Assembly: GCA_965262615.1 (NCBI GenBank)
Contig: OZ253545.1
Location: 64,001-128,000, forward strand
Length of the DNA: 64,000 bases
From: Alphaproteobacteria bacterium
GTDB lineage: Bacteria > Pseudomonadota > Alphaproteobacteria > GM7ARS4 > G965262615
Direction of reading: 5' to 3'
Shown here: positions 58,966 to 64,000 of the stretch, piece by piece
How the letters are laid out: each line of letters starts with the position of its first letter
How positions within the stretch are numbered: position 1 is the first letter of the stretch
Notes under the pieces: model-generated
Told to the model about the DNA's origin: nothing
What the model saw: only the letters and a program-made list of their open reading frames with translations
Database searches by the model: none
Translations under genes and position numbers: made by a program

Positions 58966-59799
58966 ATGCAAAACAAACTCAAAAAATGGACGCGCAAAGG
59001 TTATCTGCGCCCGCTCCATCTCATCTACCGATTGGCGCGCAGATATATCATATACTATGAAGAATTCTCTTTTACCCTTGACAAAAACGGGGAACGCTTG
59101 ATTCTGAAAAAATTGAGCCCCTTTCAGATGCAGACCTTCTTTGATGTGGGAGCTCATACTGGCGAATGGTCACTCATTGTGAGAGAATATTTTCCATCCG
59201 CCACCATTCACGCCTTTGAAATTTCAAAAGCTACTTTTGGGCGATTGAAGAAGAATGCCCATCAAAAAAATATCATCCTCAACAACTACGGGCTGGCACA
59301 CAAAAATGACACGGTGCAATACAGAGATTATGAAAAATATCCCGGTAGCAATACGGTGCTGGATGCCCCTCTTAGTCATCCTCTATTTGGCAAGGCGGAT
59401 GTCAAAAAAACAAAAATTAAAACGGGTCACCAGTATTGCCGAGACCACCACATTGACCACATTGATTTTATCAAAATTGATGTGGAAGGAGCGGAATATC
59501 TCGTTCTGCAAGGGTTGATTCCTCTGCTGAAGGAACAAAAGATTACGGTCATTCAGTTTGAATACGGCTACACCAGTGGTGACTTGCATTTTTTGATGAA
59601 AGATTTTTATGATTTTTTCGCGAGCTATGGCTATAGTGTGGGTCCCCTCAAATTCACAGGCGTTCTTTTTGGTGAATTTAACGAGTACTTGAATAGTTTC
59701 AGGTCGGGACCTAATTTTGTGGCAGTGCTTTCTCACAGACAAGACATCATGGATGCCATTCGCGGCACCCCAATTAGGAGTTATCCTAGTGGCTTGTAG
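58966..59799 (+). CDS. FkbM family SAM-dependent methyltransferase
   Basis: NGE, FDVGAH.GEW, IHAFE, IDFIKIDVEGAE..VL.G, IQFEYG; lower GC than flanks. Confidence 0.9.
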   Translation: MQNKLKKWTRKGYLRPLHLIYRLARRYIIYYEEFSFTLDKNGERLILKKLSPFQMQTFFDVGAHTGEWSLIVREYFPSATIHAFEISKATFGRLKKNAHQKNIILNNYGLAHKNDTVQYRDYEKYPGSNTVLDAPLSHPLFGKADVKKTKIKTGHQYCRDHHIDHIDFIKIDVEGAEYLVLQGLIPLLKEQKITVIQFEYGYTSGDLHFLMKDFYDFFASYGYSVGPLKFTGVLFGEFNEYLNSFRSGPNFVAVLSHRQDIMDAIRGTPIRSYPSGL

Positions 59800-59812
59800 C
59801 ATAGAAAAAATG

Positions 59813-60008
59813 CCGAAGGCATGACCATCGTTCTCAGAGCCGTCACCTCCCAAGACGGCATGACCGCCGACAGCTTTCCATTCCCTCATGAATTCCTCGC
59901 CCAATGCGCCACCGCAATCATCAACAATGTTGCCAATGTGACGCGCGTTCTCTACGATGTCACCTCCAAACCCCCCGCGACAATTGAATGGGAATAGTGA
60001 AAATCATG
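59813..60008 (+). repeat. 196-bp second copy of guaA 3' end + spacer + ATG (direct repeat of 58773-58968)
   Basis: Alignment at offset 1040 with 8 substitutions; both copies end GAATGGGAATAGTGAAAATCATG. Confidence 0.96.
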
Positions 60009-60338
60009 AGAATGAAATACCTTTTATGTTTTGTGTGTCTTGTACCCTTGGCGGTTGAAGCAACGGTTTCATCGTCATGGCTGGGGACATGGCAGACGAC
60101 TGATTCCTATGGCGACCCGTTTCGCATCACCCTGCGTGAGGACGGCACAGCCTCTCACGATTACGCCGATGGCATGACAGGACGCTGGCGAGAACACGAG
60201 GGCGGCATCAGGATTGAGTGGGATAATCAAAAAAGCGACTATCTTTTTCACGGAGCGATGGGCAGTCAGCGTTTGCACAAGCCAGCCAGTCCGTTGATGA
60301 AGGGCTATAGTCGGGGAATGAAACGCATCACTCAGTAA
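60006..60338 (+). CDS. Hypothetical secreted protein
   Basis: Signal peptide MRMKYLLCFVCLVPLAVEA, then WLGTW...ITLREDGTA...G.W beta-rich domain. Confidence 0.65.
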   Translation: MRMKYLLCFVCLVPLAVEATVSSSWLGTWQTTDSYGDPFRITLREDGTASHDYADGMTGRWREHEGGIRIEWDNQKSDYLFHGAMGSQRLHKPASPLMKGYSRGMKRITQ

Positions 60339-61308
60339 CTTGCTTGCCAAAAGCCAGACACAATTCCTTCCATTCTCTTGTTGAGAGTCCGCTTTCCTCT
60401 TGGGTGATGTGCTCGCCGCGCACCCACGCTTTGACCACCGCCACCGCTTTGTGCTGCAAATGAAAGGCGTTCAATCGGTATTCCTCAAACGCCTCACTGA
60501 CATGAGGAAGCCAGCGCGGCAAAAACTCATCCTTGATTTTATCGGCATAGACTTTGATCTCGTGCTGGGCGTGAGAATCACAGCGCAGAGCGAGAAAATG
60601 CAGCAGATTGTGCAAATCAATCGTCCAATACCATTCGGTGTAGTTGCTGACCGGCAACACGAGGCGTGCCAGTTCGCGCGCCACCCCTCGTTTGAGCGCG
60701 TCATCTCCTTTTCCCAACAGACGCTGATAGGTGCGGTAGGCGCGGCTGTGCAAATCCTGCATTTTGTTGATGGCTTCGCGTATTTCGTCATGAGAGAGCA
60801 CCCCATCGCGTCCTTGTCCGTTTTCTTGGGATTGCTGGGCGGTGTCTGTGACCTGCAGGTCTTGTTGGTCAAAGAGGGTTTGCTGGTCTGATGGGATTTT
60901 TTTCATCTTGCCCTTGTTCAGCGTTTCCCCATCGGGCACATAAAATTCATCGCTCATGACAGAATAGCGCGCAGAATACTCATTGATGCTGGCAGTGCGA
61001 TGACGCACCCACTGGCGCGCCACAAAAATCGGCATCTTGACATGCAACTTGATGCTACACATCTCAAAAGGCGAGCTGTGACGGTGTTTGAGCAAATAGT
61101 GAATGAGGCGGGCATCATCTCGGAGCGTTTTTGTGCCCGCACCATAAGAGACGCGCGCCGCCTGCACGATGGCAGCATCATTGCCCATGTAATCAATGAC
61201 ACGCAAAAAACCATGATTGAGAACCCTGAACTGCCGACCCAAAATCGCATCCAGCAACGGCGCGGACGGACGAGAAAGCCGAGAGGGAGTCAAAACATCA
61301 TCCTTCAT
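60328..61308 (-). CDS. thyX: FAD-dependent thymidylate synthase
   Basis: AARVSY, H.SPFE, ARQW.RHRTASINEYSARY, RELAR..LP, LR...HAQ.EI. Confidence 0.97.
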   Translation of the reverse strand: MKDDVLTPSRLSRPSAPLLDAILGRQFRVLNHGFLRVIDYMGNDAAIVQAARVSYGAGTKTLRDDARLIHYLLKHRHSSPFEMCSIKLHVKMPIFVARQWVRHRTASINEYSARYSVMSDEFYVPDGETLNKGKMKKIPSDQQTLFDQQDLQVTDTAQQSQENGQGRDGVLSHDEIREAINKMQDLHSRAYRTYQRLLGKGDDALKRGVARELARLVLPVSNYTEWYWTIDLHNLLHFLALRCDSHAQHEIKVYADKIKDEFLPRWLPHVSEAFEEYRLNAFHLQHKAVAVVKAWVRGEHITQEESGLSTREWKELCLAFGKQVTE

Positions 61309-61492
61309 AAGAATAACTATATCCCAATTGGTCTTTGATTACCTTCACCACTGCGATAATATTTGTTTACAACCCCACGCACAAATTTGTCTATAAGGCA
61401 GATTAATTGTGTCTTGACTGTTCACTTGCTGTTGATAAAAAATCGTTTGCTCTGGCGATGACATGGGGTGAGAGAAGTGCTATATCGTGTGT

Positions 61493-61732
61493 GTCGTAAG
61501 ACTATGGCGATAAAAGTCATGTTGTCTTTGTTTTCGGACTCGGGGGCAGTACCCGACACCTCCACCAATGGGGGTGACTCAGGATTGACGGATGCAAAAA
61601 GACATGATCTTCGCTCGGCATTGTACCGCCGTCATCGGGCTACACTGAAAAGTGCCAACGATAACCAAGTTGCACTCGCTGCTTAGTGAAAAGTAAGCGC
61701 GGCTCGGGGGGTGCCGGGCAACAGAAACCCCC
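61493..61732 (+). ncRNA. ssrA: Permuted two-piece tmRNA (alphaproteobacterial type), tag ANDNQVALAA
   Basis: Acceptor piece ends CACCTCCACCA (61567); coding piece starts GGGGGTG (61570) with G3:U; tag ORF 61654-61686; GGCAACAGAA motif; ATGACA-17-TATATC promoter at 61458-61486; outer ends approximate. Confidence 0.93.
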
Positions 61733-61790
61733 TAATTGATTTCCAACAAAAAATTTGCTACAATAAGGGCAACCTCAAGGAGTGAGAATC

Positions 61791-63566
61791 ATGGCAAGTG
61801 AAAATTTTGCAGATATATTGGAAGAAGAACTTCAAGAAATTGCTAAGCAGGAAGGCTTGTCTCTCAACACATCTAATGGCAAGGGTACAGCATTTGAGCT
61901 GTGGATATTTAACCTTTTCAATGAATTGTATTCAGATGAGAACCTAGAAAAAGACGGTCATGTTAAACACTCAAATGACCATGGTATAGACATTATCTTT
62001 CCCAGCAGTAACGGCAGTATGTATCTCATTCAAGCTAAAAATTGCGACGCTACCTCCGATGCGGCAGAAAAACTTTTTAGTAAATTAAACCTGATTGATA
62101 ATCCAGAAAATGCTAGCATGGTGGCAGGAGGAGACGATGTGCGCTTTGAGCTTTTGCAAAAGACTGCACAAAATTTCCAAAATAAAGATGGCAAGATTAA
62201 TTTGTGGCTTTTTACAACAGGGAAGGTAGATAAATCTTGTACGGAAATGCTAGAAATGTACAAAAATATTTACTCCAGCAACCAAAATGTTGACTGTAGG
62301 ATTCTTGGCTTGAAAGAAATGGAGGAGCTATATTATGGGAACGAGAGTAACGAACCTCCACCCATTATTTCCATCTCTTTGGATGAGGCAGGATTTTTTC
62401 AACTCCCGACAGAAAATAACAGCACGAGCAAAAATGTCACTCTGTGTGTACGAGGTTCTGTCTTGAGGGAATTGTTAAAAACAAAAGACTATGCAAGTCG
62501 CCTTTTTATTGAGAATATAAGAAAGCCACTAGGGGAGCGCGCGGCAACTAATCATAAAATGATTAAGACACTCATCTATGAACCCGAAAATTTCTTCTAT
62601 TACAACAATGGCGTGTCTGCAATTTGCAAAAATTATGAAATTGATGAACGCAACAAGAAGATAATAATTGAAAATCTTCAAATTATCAACGGAGCTCAAA
62701 CCAGCGGTGCTTTGAGCATCAATAGATTTACCGATAAAGAAAACAAAGACGGAAAAGGAAAGCCGCGCTTCTTTGACAAGAATTATATTGAACAACAAGC
62801 TGAAAAAACAAGAATTCTCATCAAATTAACATCTATTGAGAATGAAGATGAGGATGACGAGAATTTTAAAAGACGAATCATAATCTACAATAACACCCAA
62901 AACAAAGTGGAGCTATGGGACTTCAGAGCTAATGACCCTATCCAAGTAGGGCTTAAGGAGCAATTCGAGAAGTTCGGAATTAACTATATCATAAAAAGGG
63001 GGCATAACGCCGCAAGCAAAGATAGAAAGGTCACAAACCTTAGGATGGCTACTTTCGCCAAAATATGGCTTGCTTGGGACAAGAATGAACCTTGGGAAGC
63101 AAGCAAAACGCCTGCACAATTGGTAGACAATTTTTACGAAAAAATATTTGGTGACGAAAATCAAAAATTTTGGAAGGACGATGATGTGCGACAAGCAGTA
63201 ATAGCCGTTCGTTCTTTTACGAAGATTCGTGCTTTAATCAGCTTACACAATAAAAAAGAAAGCAGCAAAAACAGGCAGCTTGATTATCTTAAATACTTTG
63301 CCTTATGCCTTTTCAAGACTTATCTTGAAAAGCAAAAGACAGTATCAAAAAAGGATGACCAGTTTTATCAAGATTGGATTGAAAACGAGTCTCTTGCTGA
63401 AAGAGATTATAAGAGCTTTGGGGATATAATGATTGTCCCCATCAAAACAATTTATGACGATAATGAAAAAAAACATAAGGATCAAAGAGGACTTGAAAGG
63501 GACAAGGAAATTTATGAAGGCATCAAAAAATTATTTGAAAAAAATTTGAAAAGCAAACTCAAGTAG
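61791..63566 (+). CDS. AIPR family (abortive infection phage resistance) protein
   Basis: N-terminal D.GID...LIQAK nuclease-like motif; LF..NIR..LG, P.NF.YYNNG, QIINGAQT, N.QN.V...DF..ND..Q; low GC; own promoter TTGATT-17-TACAAT and AAGGAG. Confidence 0.88.
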   Translation: MASENFADILEEELQEIAKQEGLSLNTSNGKGTAFELWIFNLFNELYSDENLEKDGHVKHSNDHGIDIIFPSSNGSMYLIQAKNCDATSDAAEKLFSKLNLIDNPENASMVAGGDDVRFELLQKTAQNFQNKDGKINLWLFTTGKVDKSCTEMLEMYKNIYSSNQNVDCRILGLKEMEELYYGNESNEPPPIISISLDEAGFFQLPTENNSTSKNVTLCVRGSVLRELLKTKDYASRLFIENIRKPLGERAATNHKMIKTLIYEPENFFYYNNGVSAICKNYEIDERNKKIIIENLQIINGAQTSGALSINRFTDKENKDGKGKPRFFDKNYIEQQAEKTRILIKLTSIENEDEDDENFKRRIIIYNNTQNKVELWDFRANDPIQVGLKEQFEKFGINYIIKRGHNAASKDRKVTNLRMATFAKIWLAWDKNEPWEASKTPAQLVDNFYEKIFGDENQKFWKDDDVRQAVIAVRSFTKIRALISLHNKKESSKNRQLDYLKYFALCLFKTYLEKQKTVSKKDDQFYQDWIENESLAERDYKSFGDIMIVPIKTIYDDNEKKHKDQRGLERDKEIYEGIKKLFEKNLKSKLK

Positions 63567-63585
63567 GGGACTTGCTTCACCCCAC

Positions 63586-63614
63586 TTGAGCATTGGCGCG
63601 CCGATGGCTACAAT
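63586..63614 (+). promoter_or_regulatory. Sigma70-type promoter for sspB, leaderless geometry
   Basis: TTGAGC-17-TACAAT, 6 nt before ATG 63621. Confidence 0.6.
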
Positions 63615-63620
63615 CACCTT

Positions 63621-64000
63621 ATGAGTGGTAATCAACGGCACTATCAGATTCTTGTCAAAGATGCCTTGTTGGGGGTGATGCGGGATATTCTCGCTCAGGT
63701 GAGCCGCCATGGGCTTCGGGGCGAGCAGCATTTCTACATCACTTTTCACACCCATCATAAGAATGTGCAGTTGCCGGACCAGCTGAGGGCGCGCCATCCT
63801 GAGAGCATGACCATTGTGCTGCAGCATCAGTTTGAGAACCTCGTGAGCCACCACGACTGCTTTGATGTCACGCTTATTTTTGATGGCAAGGCGGCGCGCA
63901 TCAGCGTGCCGTTTGCCGCCATCTCACAGTTCGCCGACCCAGACGCGCCCTTCGTCCTCAACATGGAGCAAAAAGAAGCCGAAAAAACGCCAGACAAAAA
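63621..64000 (+). CDS. sspB: ClpXP adaptor SspB, alphaproteobacterial type (3' truncated)
   Basis: Own translation: MSGNQRHYQILVKDALLGVMRDIL...GL.GEQHFYITF.T...V.LP..L...HPESMTIVLQHQF...F.VTL.F.G...VPF.AI..FADP. Confidence 0.92.
   Translation, partial: MSGNQRHYQILVKDALLGVMRDILAQVSRHGLRGEQHFYITFHTHHKNVQLPDQLRARHPESMTIVLQHQFENLVSHHDCFDVTLIFDGKAARISVPFAAISQFADPDAPFVLNMEQKEAEKTPDK

Noticed and set aside
61468-61686. 72-aa ORF ending ANDNQVALAA
   Set aside because: It is the tmRNA tag reading frame, not a protein gene

Overview
Compact core chromosome of an alphaproteobacterium. The assignment rests on a permuted two-piece tmRNA with tag ANDNQVALAA, an alpha-type SspB, and typical gene clusters (trpFBA-accD-folC-trxA-addAB, lepB-rnc-era, fabG-acpP-fabF-mltG-gmk, lptFG-lptD-surA-pdxA-rsmA). 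The tRNA-His keeps G-1:C73. Small accessory genes sit between core genes, with no integrase or transposase in the window: a 33-bp-repeat coiled-coil membrane protein, an HrgA/COG2958-like pseudogene, a 78-bp-repeat protein, a Panacea antitoxin with a small membrane partner, an FkbM methyltransferase and an AIPR protein. The most striking signal is recurrent duplication of housekeeping-gene 3' ends or gene junctions (guaA 196 bp, secA ~42 bp, era/fabD 511 bp, pdxA/rsmA 68 bp). The copies differ mostly at synonymous sites, and two pairs tightly bracket foreign cassettes. This suggests integrase-free gene capture at gene ends, though a strain-chimeric assembly cannot be excluded. Other oddities: many apparently leaderless promoters, a tmRNA intervening segment of only 2 nt, an AmgK-MurU fusion, His-rich native proteins, strong depletion of GGCC/TCGA/ACGT, and a frameshifted guaA. 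All counts were made by eye.
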